Source: Spironucleus salmonicida (lineage: Eukaryota). From it: a stretch of DNA of 64,000 nt. Made by a program: the position numbers and the translations under genes. The notes beneath the pieces were generated by a model. The model had not been told where the DNA came from and searched no databases. It saw nothing but the letters and a program-made list of their open reading frames with translations. Location: positions 1,178,001-1,242,000 of the forward strand of contig NC_090596.1 of NCBI RefSeq assembly GCF_000497125.1, in the 5' to 3' direction. Below are positions 36,630 through 48,107 of this stretch, piece by piece (position 1 is the stretch's first letter; the number at the start of each line of letters is the position of its first letter).

Positions 36630-37356
36630 TATATGTAAATGAAATGGCAAAAATAATAAATTATTATTAAATAAGTAAAATAATTATATATTGTGGTTTG
36701 TCATCCACACATTTCGAATATTCATAATAATTCTGTCTATTGGTTTCTTAGACTTAATTTAAAAATTTATCATTAATTATACATATTAACATATAAAATG
36801 AAATTATTATTAATAGAATAAAAATATTCCAAATCTGATCTTTAGAATTAAAAAATATATCTTCTACTGAATTAAAATTAAAAATTGCTATTTCAACAGA
36901 TTAAATTATTTGACTCCTATTTGACCTAGAATCCATACGATTTGTTGTTATCGCCCATTGAAAAAGATTTTTTCTTCTTAAATCTAAATATTAGCATCGA
37001 AATGCATTTAAATTAACATATTATATTCAATATTGTATTATAATTGAAACGTTCATTTGCTTAAATTTTCACTCATGAATTTTAGTCGGTGTTCCAAAAC
37101 AGTGGATTTTCGCGCAGATCAATTGGCTTGATGATGACTCTCACTTTTCTTCTTTGCGGCTTCATTTTAGGCGAAAAAGCGGGATGGAAATTTTGCTTCC
37201 ATCGAACTGCAAATTCGCGTCAGCGCCAATTCGCTCGAAAACGCATTTAACTATTTTTTAAATTCGCGCTACCCCAATTTTCAATCTTTCAGCGATCGAA
37301 AAATCCAAAACGCGCGAGGTGAACCCCAAAGAGCTTTAAAGTGCAAATTAAATCGT

Positions 37357-38664
37357 TCACATTTTCGTGTCATTTAGTGCCTTTTCTTCGTTTTGCCGCT
37401 CTTGCGCTAGATCTATTTCCTCCATTTTGCCGCTTTCGAGCCACGCTTTCCCTACGACGAGGAAGCGCCGGAACCCGCCCAGCGTGGCCAGCTGCAGCTT
37501 CTCGCGGACGCTCACCTTCTGGCGCGCGTCGTAAACGCCGCTTTCGGGTCTGAAATCCACGCCCTGAACGGCGTAGAAATCGTCGTCCCGGATGCGCTCG
37601 CTGAGCGCCAAAACGTCCAGCAGGTGCACTCTTAGCAGGCCGGCGGAGCAGCTCTGCTTTAGCATCTTGAAATCTCTGCTTATGCGCTTGAATTCGAGTA
37701 TTTCGTCCGTTTTGGTACAACTTCTTTCCACCAAATCGACGTAAATACAGCTTTTGATGTACTTTTTGAAGTCGAAGTTTACGATGTGGACATCAAGTTT
37801 GTTAGCTCCAGTGACGCAATTATTCATAGTTTTGCAGGACAAATCTAAAACAATTTGACTTTAATTTTGATTTTTCATTCCTTTTATGCCAGCGAATCCT
37901 GGTATCAGGTCATGGAATTCGAGTAATTTTTGGGTGGCTAACTGGACTTTTCCGCCTAGAAACTGCTCCAATTTTGCTTAATTTACGTCCAAATCGCCTC
38001 TGATATAAACGAAAACCAGCTTAGACTGGAATTCGAAAAGCACTGCTTTTATAATCAATTTGGGGTCGATTTTTAAGAAAGTTGAGAGCTCGCCGACTGT
38101 GTGACTGTTTGGGGTGTGCACTAGCAGCTCTTCCTCGTAATTTAGTGATCCAACTTCTTCATAAGTTGGGACTTCGTACGTTTGGCTTGATGTTGATAGA
38201 ACGAATCCAAACTAAGTTGTGTTAACAAATGTGTCTTTTAATGAAAAAAGTTGCGCTAAAGAAGTAAACTGAGAGAGTGAAAACTCTGTTTCCTGAGCAA
38301 TTAAAAATTCTAGATAAAAATCAGTTTTAGATGGTAGAATTGGGTTCTTTGCCGTTTCTGACTGCTTAATGCCGAAATTTAAGCTTATTGGGAGGGCTTT
38401 GGTAGTTCTTAAAAATTCAATATGTGGTATACAGTCTGATTCTACTTAATACTAAATAAGTGCTTTTTGTGTATTTTCGAAATGGTTTGAAACTAAAGAT
38501 TCAATTTTTTCAGCAAAGTCAAATACTGATTATGACAGAATTAGCTTGTTGCTTGATCTATCATGACGTAATATACCTGAAGATTAAAGTCTTCGTAGAT
38601 GCTCGTTTTTGATATAGCTAGGCTGATCAAGTTGAGGCTTTAAAATGAGTTTCTCAATATTCAT
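37357..38664 (-). CDS. Bacterial-type prolyl-tRNA synthetase-derived protein: degenerate catalytic core, INS editing domain, anticodon-binding domain, 435 aa
   Basis: VHTPNSHTVGELSTFLKIDPKLIIKAVLF...IRGDLDVNQAKL...PGFAG...IVLD...VTGANKLDVHIVNFDF is the INS pattern; YDARQKVSVREKLQLATLGGFRRFLVVGKAWLESGKME is anticodon-binding-like. Confidence 0.82.
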
Positions 38665-39213
38665 TTGAGGAAAGAATATAATATAAATATTATATAGTTA
38701 TAAATAATTATTTTTTCTAACAGTGAAAAATATATTAAAAAATTATACAAAGCATGACATAGTACTTCTGATTAGTTTTATATAAAATATTTGTCATAGA
38801 GTATATTAGATCATTGAATATGGATCTGTCTTTCTTATTAGTAATTCAATTTAGTTGATGATTTTTGATAACACAAATTGCTAAAAATAGTTGTTATTAC
38901 TAAATATACAAGCAAGCCTGATTTGTTTTAATGAAAAAATTATCATATACTTAGATCTGTTATCTTTCTTAGAGGTTAATTATATGAAAATATTTTTATT
39001 CTATAACAAGTTGAACCTCTTGAAGTTATAATACCATTTGATTAATGCGCGTGGGTGTACATCCACCCTCCCGAGTCTACTGTGATACGTAAATCAAACG
39101 AGTCAAAGCAACTTTCACCATAATATAATTTATATATGCTGTGCATATAATATTTAGTCGAGTGGAATAAGTCCACTATATTATACAGTATACGCACAAA
39201 GTTATCCGGTAAA

Positions 39214-39492
39214 ATGGTGCACAAGTCGCAGCTACTAACCCTGTGCGGGGTCCTGTTCTCGCTGGTCGTTGACGTGCTGGTGCTGGTGATGTTCTCGCTC
39301 CAGTACGATGCCACCAAGTCGCCGTTCAACCTGGCCTTCATCGCGCTCTCGGCGGTGTTCCTGGTGAGCCTCTCGGCGGTGTTCGGGGTCCTCCTCGTGC
39401 GGTACTGGCGCTAGAGCTCTCCCAAGGCGGTGGGCAAGGGGATCCACAGGGGGCTGGTCTCCAGGGAGCAGGAGCAGGTTTACATCGCGTGA
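39214..39492 (+). CDS. Small two-TM membrane protein, 92 aa
   Basis: AAAATG start, two hydrophobic helices, reads through TAG(Gln) to TGA 39490-39492. Confidence 0.7.
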
Positions 39493-39716
39493 GTTATTGT
39501 CTTCAGTGCTGCCGCGTGCCGGAGGGGTGAGGCGGGAACTACTCAGTGCGGGAGCGAATAAGTAGCGCTCCAGCGGCCGCGGCCTGCAGTAAATATATAC
39601 GTTACAGGTGCGCGGCCAAGGGCGGAATCTGGTTATTATACGGCGTTTAGCCCACTCCCCAGAAACCGAACTTTGGGCTTAACTGCGCTATATACTCAGA
39701 TACGCTCAATCTTAAA

Positions 39717-41261
39717 ATGGGACGACTCAAGCTCCACGAGACCTCGGGCGTGCTGGTGGCCGCGGCGACCTCCCCGGCGCAGTTCCTCTACGCGCTCTCG
39801 GCCTCGCACGTGAACAACAACCTGCCCATCCTCTCAAGCTCCCTCGGGATCTCCCTCTCCACCGCCTCCTGGATCATCAACGTCGAGCTCATCGTCGTGG
39901 TCATCACCGCCACCATGACGGGCAAGCTCTGCGACCGCTTCGGCACCTCGCTCGTGATGTCGCTCGGCACCGCGGTCTTCGCGGTCTTCAACCTGCTCTT
40001 CCTCTTCGGCGCGGCCGAGACCTCGCTGCTCGTCGTGCTCATCCTGCGGTTCCTGGCGAGCGCGGGGCTGGGGCTCATGCTGCCCGCGAGCACCCCGCTG
40101 GCCGTGCAGCTGGTGAAGAAGGGCAAGCTGAACGTCGCTATCGCGATCATGTCCATCATGGTGCCCTTCGGCTTCATCCTGAGCAGCCTCGTCGCGGGAT
40201 ACGTGGCCCAGTACGGCAGCTGGCGCTACATGTTCGCCATCGTGGGCGGGCTCTCGCTGCTCTACCTCGGCGGCCAGCTGCTCGTGCTGCCCTACAAGGA
40301 GAGCGCACGGAGGCGGGTCCAGATCGACTTCCTGGGTGTGATCATCCTGTCGGTTGGCCTGACGCTGTTCATCGTCGGGCTGACGTCCTTCGCGCAGCAG
40401 CTGCTGCCCTGGTGGGGGTCAGCGCTCCTGCTGGTCGCCTCGGTAGGGGTGCTGGCATTCTTCGCGTTCTACAACATCAGGCTGTCCCGGGCCAAGGTGT
40501 TCCCGCTCACCGTGTTTAACCGCCCCACGGTGGTCATCGAGGTCATGATCTTCATGATCAACGTCCTGGGCTACAGCGAGCGCTTCCTGATGCCGTACAT
40601 CTTCATGGTGCTGCTGAAGCTCCCTCCCGGCCGCGCCGGCATCCTGATCTCCATCACGGGCTGCTCGACCTTCGCGTTCGCCCCGCTCGCGAGCTTCCTC
40701 TTCGTGCGCGTCACCACGCGCCGCCTGCAGTTCATGCTGCACGCGCTGTACCTGGTGTTCGTCCTCCTCAACATCCTGAACCTGCAGCTGGTGCAATCCG
40801 CCGTGTTCTACACCGTGATCACCTTCGTCACGATCGGGCTCACGACCGCCTCGACGATCATCTCCACCAACTACAACTTCTCCGCGGTGCCGCCCGCATT
40901 CCAGAACACGGTGGGCGTGCTGAACCAGCTCGTCACGAACGCCGGGCACTCGGTGGGCGTCACTCTCGCGGTGCTGGTCAACAACCTCTCGACCGACCCG
41001 GGCCAGGAGCTCACCTTCAACTCCGCCACGATCACGGTAGCCGCCTCCGGGGTCGTCGCGGTGGCGGTGGTGGCCACCTCGCTGCTCCTGAGCCTCTTCC
41101 AGTTCGAGCGCGGCAGGTGGGGCTACTCCGAGCGCCAGTCCGCCCGGACGAAGACCTTCGACGAGAACCTGCTGGGCGACCACGAGGTCCTGGAGGTGGA
41201 GCAGTTCGGCCAGGAGAAGGACTAGGAGCCCGCCTTCACCTACCGCGGGCTGCTGCTGTGA
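39717..41261 (+). CDS. MFS transporter, DHA2/EmrB-QacA (14-TMS) type, 514 aa
   Basis: VNNNLPIL, SWIIN, GKLCDRFG (motif A), LRFLASAG, GSWRYMF, IDFLG; TAG at 41223 is Gln, true stop 41259-41261; tail YRGLLL. Confidence 0.88.
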
Positions 41262-41288
41262 GGTTCTTTTGCGATACATATACCAGTC

Positions 41289-41888
41289 TCACTCAAAGCT
41301 CTCCGCGCTCGCCGACTCCTGCCGCAGCTGGCTCAGGAGCTCCTTCCGCTCGCTCAGCATCTCCAGCTGGTGCGCCATCGCCAGGATCTGCAGGTCGCGG
41401 TGGCCGACCTCGTGCTGCGCGTGCAGGAGGTCCTGGTTCATGGCCGCCTGCACCCGCTGCAGCTCCTCCAGCCGCTGCGCGTAGAACTCGGTCTGGCCGG
41501 CCACCTCCTGCCGCAGCACCGCGTTCTGGGCGTTCAGCAGCGCTATCTGGTGCGCGAGGCTCTGCTGCTGCACCCGGGCGTCCTCGAGGAGCCGCGCCTC
41601 AACGTCCTGCTGCGCCTGCAGGAGCTGCGCCCGGAGGCCCGCCACCGCCGCGTCCCTGTCATGGGCGATGCTCTAGCGGTGCAGCTCGTGCGACTTCGTG
41701 AGCTCGGAGATCCGGTTCCGGAGCTCGCAGTTCTCGTTCCGCGCGGTCTGGAGCTGGAGCGCAGCGGCATCTGTGGCTGCCTGGTGCTGGCGCTCCTGCA
41801 GGTCCTTCTCCAGGTTTTTCCTCAGCAGCCTCTGGTTCTCGGCCCGCAGGCTCGCCAGGATCGACGACTCGATGTGCTCCTCGCTCAT
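41289..41888 (-). CDS. Coiled-coil protein, 199 aa
   Basis: Two track fragments joined by TAG=Gln; Leu/Gln/Glu heptads; ends GAG-TGA. Confidence 0.75.
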
Positions 41889-42280
41889 ATTTTATATTTT
41901 GTAAATTTTATCTCCATATTTTGAACATAATAATTTAGTTTATAATTTACTTCAAAAAAATTTATCATGCGATCATAAGGAATAAAATTTACTTCCACAT
42001 AAAAATTATAATATCAATTATATCAATTAGTACAATTAAATACCATAAATTGTTTAAATGCATTTTACAAAGAAATACACAAAGAAAATTATATTTACTG
42101 ATTTTTTGTACCAATATCAACAGTACTTTTTAACCGCATACCTTAAACCAATCAAACATTATATACCATTATTATCATGTGCCACTGTATTATAATCATT
42201 CATTATTTAAAATCCACTCCACCTTTCATCACCAAATTCATAGTTTCGATTCAAATTCAAATTCCAAGAGCCAAATATTA

Positions 42281-42781
42281 TCACTCCTGAAACCGCATGT
42301 CGCTGAGCTGCCGCGTGAGCTGCTTCACCACCTCCTTCAGACGCGCCACCTCGCCAGACTCCGCCTCGGACGTGCAGATGCGCTGCACGGACTCCGCGTA
42401 CTTGGCCGCCGCGGGCGTGAACATTGCGGAGCTGGAGGGGCGGATTTTCGCCTGCGGCATCGCAGCGTCCGAGAAGGCGGCGAGCTGGGTCTGCAGCCCA
42501 CGGACCTGGTTCGTCAGCCCGAGGAGCGCGAACTGGAGGTTCGTGTAGGCCAGGTTCTGCTGCCGTTGGAGGTCCAGGACCGCGGCACCGACCGCCGTGG
42601 TCTGGGCGAGCTGGCTGCGCAGCGCACCGTTGGCGGCGGTTAGGGCTGCGTTCTGCTCGAGCAGCAGCGCCTTGTCCTGCTGGGATCTAGCGAGGTCGCT
42701 CTTGAGCTGGACGGCCTGCTGCTATGCCAGGAAGTTTTTCTGCAGGTCGGCGCTGGCGGCCTTGTAGGTCTTCTCCGTCAT
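42281..42781 (-). CDS. Coiled-coil protein, 166 aa
   Basis: MTEKTYKAASADLQKNFLAQQQAVQLKSDL...; strong GC3 bias; ends GAG-TGA. Confidence 0.72.
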
Positions 42782-42823
42782 TACCTGGAGCGGGAAACGC
42801 CGGCGGGACATAATAACGACACC

Positions 42824-43648
42824 TCACAAAAAGAGCTTTCCCCACTCGGTGACGTCCTCCAGCGCGCAGTGGAACCGCTGGGGCACCCGGGCGTGGAAGG
42901 CGCAGCGGGTGCCCGCCATTGCGGGGATGGCGAAGCCCCTCTGCTGGCAGAAGTACGGATAGACCTCCTCCACCTGCATTGTGGGCAGGATCTGCTGCTC
43001 CAGCTTCCGCCCCTTCGCGAAGATGATCTTCTGGGCACCGATGAAACTGACCAGTTCCGCCAGCGCAGCCCCCTGCGAGACGTAGGCGATGCTCTTGTGC
43101 TTCTGGCACGGAATGCCGGTGATTACCTTGGAGATGTACCTGGCCGAGGCGTTGGCGGTGTCGGGCGGCGGCGCAACGAAGCGACGGAATGTCTCCATCG
43201 ACGCGCCCGACACCCGCACCGCCCCTATCTCGCTGATGTAGAACGCCGCCTTCGTCTGGTAGTACAGCTCGAAGTCGACGATGACGGTGACTTCCTGCCT
43301 TGGGACTTTCTTGAAGTGCTCCAGGCTCAGCACCGGGATACCGAAGGGGTTCCGGTTCCGGCAGATGCTGGTCTCCCGGTCCAGCGCAGCGGGGAAGTCG
43401 CTCTGCGCCGGGAGCGCCGGGAACGGCTGCTCGTGGATCGGCTTAAGCTGGCCGAACGTTATCCTCTCGTACGTGAAGAGGGCCTCGGCGACGGCGGTCT
43501 TTCGAAAAAGGAAGGACGGGAGGATTTGGTGAGGGACGTTCGCCAGCACCCCCGTCAGCCTGCCTCTGGCCTAGATGTCCAGCGTGCCTATCTCGAACAG
43601 CTGGGCTGGCGCGAACACGCCGGTTGCGAAGAACACCTCCCGGAACAT
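42824..43648 (-). CDS. DEDDh-fold nuclease with Maelstrom-type E-C-H-C zinc motif, 274 aa
   Basis: VIVDFE, YISEIGAV, FRRFVAPP, ITGIP, IFAKGRKLE, RCAFH, FHCALEDV. Confidence 0.8.
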
Positions 43649-43705
43649 TTCTCAGCGCTTCAGCGGACTCCCGATATAATATTACACCCTGGCAAAATTT
43701 CCAGA

Positions 43706-45112
43706 ATGATAAGCCCGCAGATAATCTACTACACGGACGCACCCCCGCACGCCTCGAAGCTGACGCCGAAGCAGTATCTCCTGCCACCGCTGCCGCCGTC
43801 CTTCCAGAACGTCAAGATGCAGCTCCTGCAGGACGTCCCGCTGGCGATCTCGCAGCTCTCCCCCGTGTCGGCCCAGTTGATCTACGCGACCTAGACCGTC
43901 CTGATCGAGCTGCAGGACCTGATGCCGGTGAAGAACTACCGCCAGCAGACCATCACCTCGCGCCGGAGCCCCCCGGTGTCCTTCTCGCAGCATCAGCAGA
44001 CGTGCGACCTGCTCTTCAACGGGCAGCTGTACCAGACCGTCGCGTTCAAGTTCGACTTCGTGCAGGCCGTGTTCCTCAACCAGACCTTCGTCGTCTTCAG
44101 CCAGTCCGCCTCCACGCTCATCCTGCAGGGCTACCTGGAGCAGGAGCTGTTCACCATGCAGTTCGAGGTCCCCGCGCGGGTGCGAAGCGTGGACTTCGAC
44201 GGGACGTTCTTCGCGGGCACGCTGGCGGACAACGCGGTGTTCACCGGGCAGATCCTGAAAAAGCAGGCCTTCCGGGTGTTCAGCCCGCTGCCGCAGGACG
44301 TCGCGCAGTCACCGATCCTGACCTGCTTCATCTCGCACGTCAACTGGGTTGTCGTCACCGCCTTCGCGGCCGGGCTCGTGGTGTTCTCGGACCTGTACGG
44401 CCAGTTCCTGCAGCTGCTGGACCTCAACGCGCTATTGGCGACCAGCAACACGGTGCTGGCGATCGTCGGGACGCGGCAGAGCACCCAGCTGAACCTGGCC
44501 CTGATCATCGAGAAGTCCCCCATCCTGGCGCTCCGCATCGACCTCTCGCAGCACCGGCTGATCACGCGCCAGTTCCTGTCGCGGACGCCGCAGATGCTCC
44601 TCAGCTACCCGCGGGTCCCGGTGCAGACGCTGCTGGCGCTGCTCTCCTTCGTGCAGCCCTTCGCCCCGATGCCCCAGGACGCCCGTCCCCTCTACGTCGA
44701 GAAGCTTCACCAGGCCTACTTCCCCGCCGAGGTCCTGCGCCTCAGCCCCGTGGCGAGCCTGAACGCGCTCCGGCTCGAGGTGCTGGTGCGTGTGGCCGTG
44801 CTCTGCCGGGAGGGCTCCAGCGAGCTCACGGCCTTCCGCGGCATCCTGGCCAGCCTCTGCGCGCAGGCCGGGAAGTGCCAGTTCGCGCGGGCCCTGGGGC
44901 TCAACGTGCAGTCTGGCGAGGCGGACGCCAACCAGGCGCTCTCGCAGGGCCGGGACCTGCGCGTCCAGGGCCAGCACCTGGGCGGGCGGTTCGACGAGGT
45001 GCTGAGCGGGGAGCGGCCGGACCTGCTGAACCTGGAGGGCGACCTGCTCTTCGCGGACTTCGCCCAGCTGCAGGCCCAGGAGGGCCACAAGGTGTTCGGC
45101 TGGCTGGAGTGA
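43706..45112 (+). CDS. Hypothetical protein, 468 aa; beta-rich N-terminal part, helical C-terminal part
   Basis: ATG 43706, one TAG=Gln, strong GC3 bias, ends GAG-TGA. Confidence 0.75.
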
Positions 45113-45138
45113 GCGTTTTCGGGAGTGAGTCGGAACCT

Positions 45139-46257
45139 TCACTGAAGCAGCACCGCCGCGAGGACGAGCGCCGATATCGCCAGCGGCAGCCCTCTCGCGC
45201 CGTCCGCCACGCAGGCGCCGTCCACGAGCGTCTCGTTCTCGCCGCACTCCTCCGGGTCCGGGGTCGGCTCGGGGTCAGGCGTGGGCTCCGGGTCCGGATC
45301 TGGGGTGGGCTCCGGTTCGGGGTCCACGATCAGGTCGTCGAACTCCTCCTTGCCGCGCAGGAAGATCTGCTGCCCCACGAGCTCGCACACGGCGCCCTGC
45401 TGGAGCACGACCGGGAGCTGGGCGTGGTGGGGGAAGTAGGTGTAGTTGTAGTAGGCCTGCTGGCTCGCCTCGACGAAGTAGTGCTGGTCGCCCGCCTGGA
45501 CCACCGAGCAGTTCGCCACCCGCGACACGCCCGCCTCGGGCTTCACGGGCCTGCCGTCGCACAGCACGCCGGCCGCCTCCACGAAGAGGCCCGCCGCGTC
45601 GAGCCGGAGCTCGTGCATGCGGCGCTTCTCGCCCACGACCCGCTCGGACTGGACGAGGCGGAGAGCGCGCTGCACGGTCTTGCCGCTGTGGCAGTTGAAG
45701 ATCTTGTAGGCGATGGGCTCGCTGAAGGAGGCGTTCTGGAAGAACTGCACCTTGCTGGGCTGCTGCACCCCGCACGCGTCCTGGACGGTGCAGCGCCGCC
45801 GCGAGTGCATGAGCGCCGTCTCGACGTCGCAGACGTTCGCGCCCAGCAGGATCTCCATGCGGTTCAGCTGGCGCTGGGCGTAGAGGTTGGTGGAGTAGGT
45901 GATCTCCTGCCGGATCTGCAGGGTGGACACCGCGCCGTTTATCTGGAGGAAGAGCGTCTTCACGTAGGTCTGGTACACCAGCTCTGGCGGCACCTGCTGG
46001 GCGAGGCGCAGCCGGAACAGGTTGCAGCTGTCCAGGACCAGCGTCTTGGGGCCGGCGAAGCAGACCCCCGCCATGTCGTTGAAGCTCGCATTGATGCGGA
46101 TCGCGGCGCTGAAGTCCGCGTACTCGGAGACCAGGATCTGGGCCTCCTGGAAGGGGACGAAGACCAGGATCTCGTCCCGCGTGGCGTACTCGGCGTAGGC
46201 GGACGAGTTCGAGGTGATACGGGGGCAGTTCGTAACGAATGCTAGCACCTGCATCAT
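45139..46257 (-). CDS. Putative surface protein with Pro/Asp/Glu/Thr stalk and C-terminal hydrophobic (GPI-like) anchor, 372 aa
   Basis: DPEPEPTPDPDPEPTPDPEPTPDPE repeat, short Cys pair, then DGARGLPLAISALVLAAVLLQ at the C-terminus. Confidence 0.75.
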   Translation of the reverse strand: MMQVLAFVTNCPRITSNSSAYAEYATRDEILVFVPFQEAQILVSEYADFSAAIRINASFNDMAGVCFAGPKTLVLDSCNLFRLRLAQQVPPELVYQTYVKTLFLQINGAVSTLQIRQEITYSTNLYAQRQLNRMEILLGANVCDVETALMHSRRRCTVQDACGVQQPSKVQFFQNASFSEPIAYKIFNCHSGKTVQRALRLVQSERVVGEKRRMHELRLDAAGLFVEAAGVLCDGRPVKPEAGVSRVANCSVVQAGDQHYFVEASQQAYYNYTYFPHHAQLPVVLQQGAVCELVGQQIFLRGKEEFDDLIVDPEPEPTPDPDPEPTPDPEPTPDPEECGENETLVDGACVADGARGLPLAISALVLAAVLLQ

Positions 46258-46364
46258 TTCCAGCGTTGGTACGAATACTGCGGGTATCTACAGATTTTGG
46301 AGGGTAGTATACTATAGTGTCCTGTTAGCCGGAATCATACTAAATGGAGGGTCACTCGGGAATC

Positions 46365-48107
46365 TCATGACATGTCGTGGGCATGAGGCGTGCCGGTCAT
46401 CCTTTGGACAGGTAGATCAAGCTGGGGAGCTTTTTTCTTATTCCGCATGCTTTTCAGAATTAGCACTACAACCAGGATTGTGATGGCAATCACTGCTAGC
46501 ACACCTACGAAAATACCTGTGATCTATCCTCCGGACATCAGCTGCGTGCACTGCTCCGGGTTGAGCGTGCAGTTGACGCATTCGCCGTTGACCATTTCCG
46601 CGCCCACGGTGCACGCCTCGCACGTTCCCCCGACTCCGCACATTGAGCAGCTCTCGACCAGGAGTGCATCGCATAGGCAGTGCGCGCCCAAGGGAATGGA
46701 TGCGCAGGAGCTGCACTGGCCTTCGCTCAGATAGTTGCCGGGCGTGCACGTCTTGCAGGCGGACCCCGTGCAGCTGGTGCAGCGCTGGATCAGGGTCCCG
46801 GCGCAGTTGCACTGCTCCCCCTCCGTTATCTACTCGCAAGGGCTGCACGCACCGTCCTTCAGGAAACGCCCAGGCTCGCAGGCCTGGCAGTCGGTCGCGT
46901 TTGTGCAGGTGCTGCAGTCTGCAATACAGACGCGGCATACGTGCACGATTAAAGTACTGTCGCAGTATTGACCATCGGCGCACGGGGTGGTCTTCTCGCA
47001 GTTGAAGGGGGCGCACTGCTTGTTCTCCAGGATGTACCCCGGGATGCACTTCCCGCAGCCCTCCAGACCGCATGCGTCGCAGTTCATGTATGGATTGCCG
47101 AGGCAGATGCAGGTCGATCCTACGATGCTATCCGCGCAGTCCTTGCACGAGCCCCCTACCAAAGAGTGCCCGTTGATGCACTACGAGCAGGTATCGCCAT
47201 CGCAGCCGCCGCAGTTCTCAATTTTCTGCGCGCCGCACTGGCAGCTCATCCCAAGCGGCGAGGTTGGCTGGCACGCCTTGCATGACCCTGATGCCAAGTA
47301 ATCTCCAACCTTACATTCTGTGCACGTACGTGAGCCGCCCGAGCACTTTACACAATTAGTATAGCATTCGGTACATACATTACCCTTTGTGGTAAACATT
47401 TCGCAGAACTAATGACTTGTGCAGTCGGTGTCGTTCTTGCATGCGTCCACAAAGCATTATCCGTTGGCTACTTTTCCACTCGGTAGGCAGGTTTGGCAGG
47501 TGCTTTGCTTTGGGTAGCATGCAGTGCAGCCACCTTGCTGTTTGTTCTGGCACTGGCACTTCTGGTCGAACGTCGTCATGCTGCTGCATGCTTGGCAGGT
47601 ATTGGCTTCGGTGATGAAGAAGTCGTTGTTGCACTGCTAGCACTTCAGCTAGATGTCGCACTTGAAGCAGTTTGACGGGCACGGCGTGCAGGTATTGGAT
47701 GCGTTCAGGACGAACCCAGGCGGGCAGGTAATGCAAACTTTTTCTGCCGAGCAGGTGAGGCAGTTGTCAGAGCACTTCTTGCACATATCGTTATCTAAGT
47801 AGTACCCATCCAGGCAGACTTAGCAGGAGGTTTCGCTGGTGCAGGTTTTGCAATTAGCCTGGCAATTAAGGCAGGCGCGGTCCTTGAGAAAGTGGGTATG
47901 GGTGCATTTGACGCACTAGCTGCCTTTACCACCTTCGCAAACTGCACAGTCTTTGCGTATGATGGAGTCACTATGGCACTGGCAGGAGGTTCCGACTGGC
48001 ATGTCTTCGTTGCATTTTTAGCACGTAATTTGGTCCTTGCCTGGATTTAGGGGGCAGTAAAAGTTTTGAACGCACCCGTTCATAGTATCAGAGCAGTTTC
48101 CACCCAT
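46365..48107 (-). CDS. Cysteine-rich membrane protein (CRMP; VSP/HCMP-like), 580 aa
   Basis: Many CxxC motifs, C-terminal TM (GIFVGVLAVIAITILVVVLIL) then basic KSMRNKKK tail; ATG and TGA in frame. Confidence 0.9.

Larger units (their letters stand above)
39070..41900. repeat. Copy 1 of ~2.83 kb GC-rich direct duplication (partner 51658-54488)
   Basis: Near-identical at a constant offset of 12588. Confidence 0.96.

Noticed and set aside
36870-37340. Possible small gene downstream of the ProRS-like ORF
   Set aside because: The ATG-led minus-strand frames I checked hit TGA within about 30 codons.
45250-45325. Short tandem repeats as a possible CRISPR array or minisatellite
   Set aside because: They encode the PEPTPD protein stalk; no spacers or cas genes.
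43624-46245. 873 aa plus-strand ORF
   Set aside because: Arg/Pro/Gly/Ala-rich shadow frame of GC3-biased genes; overlaps better-supported CDSs.
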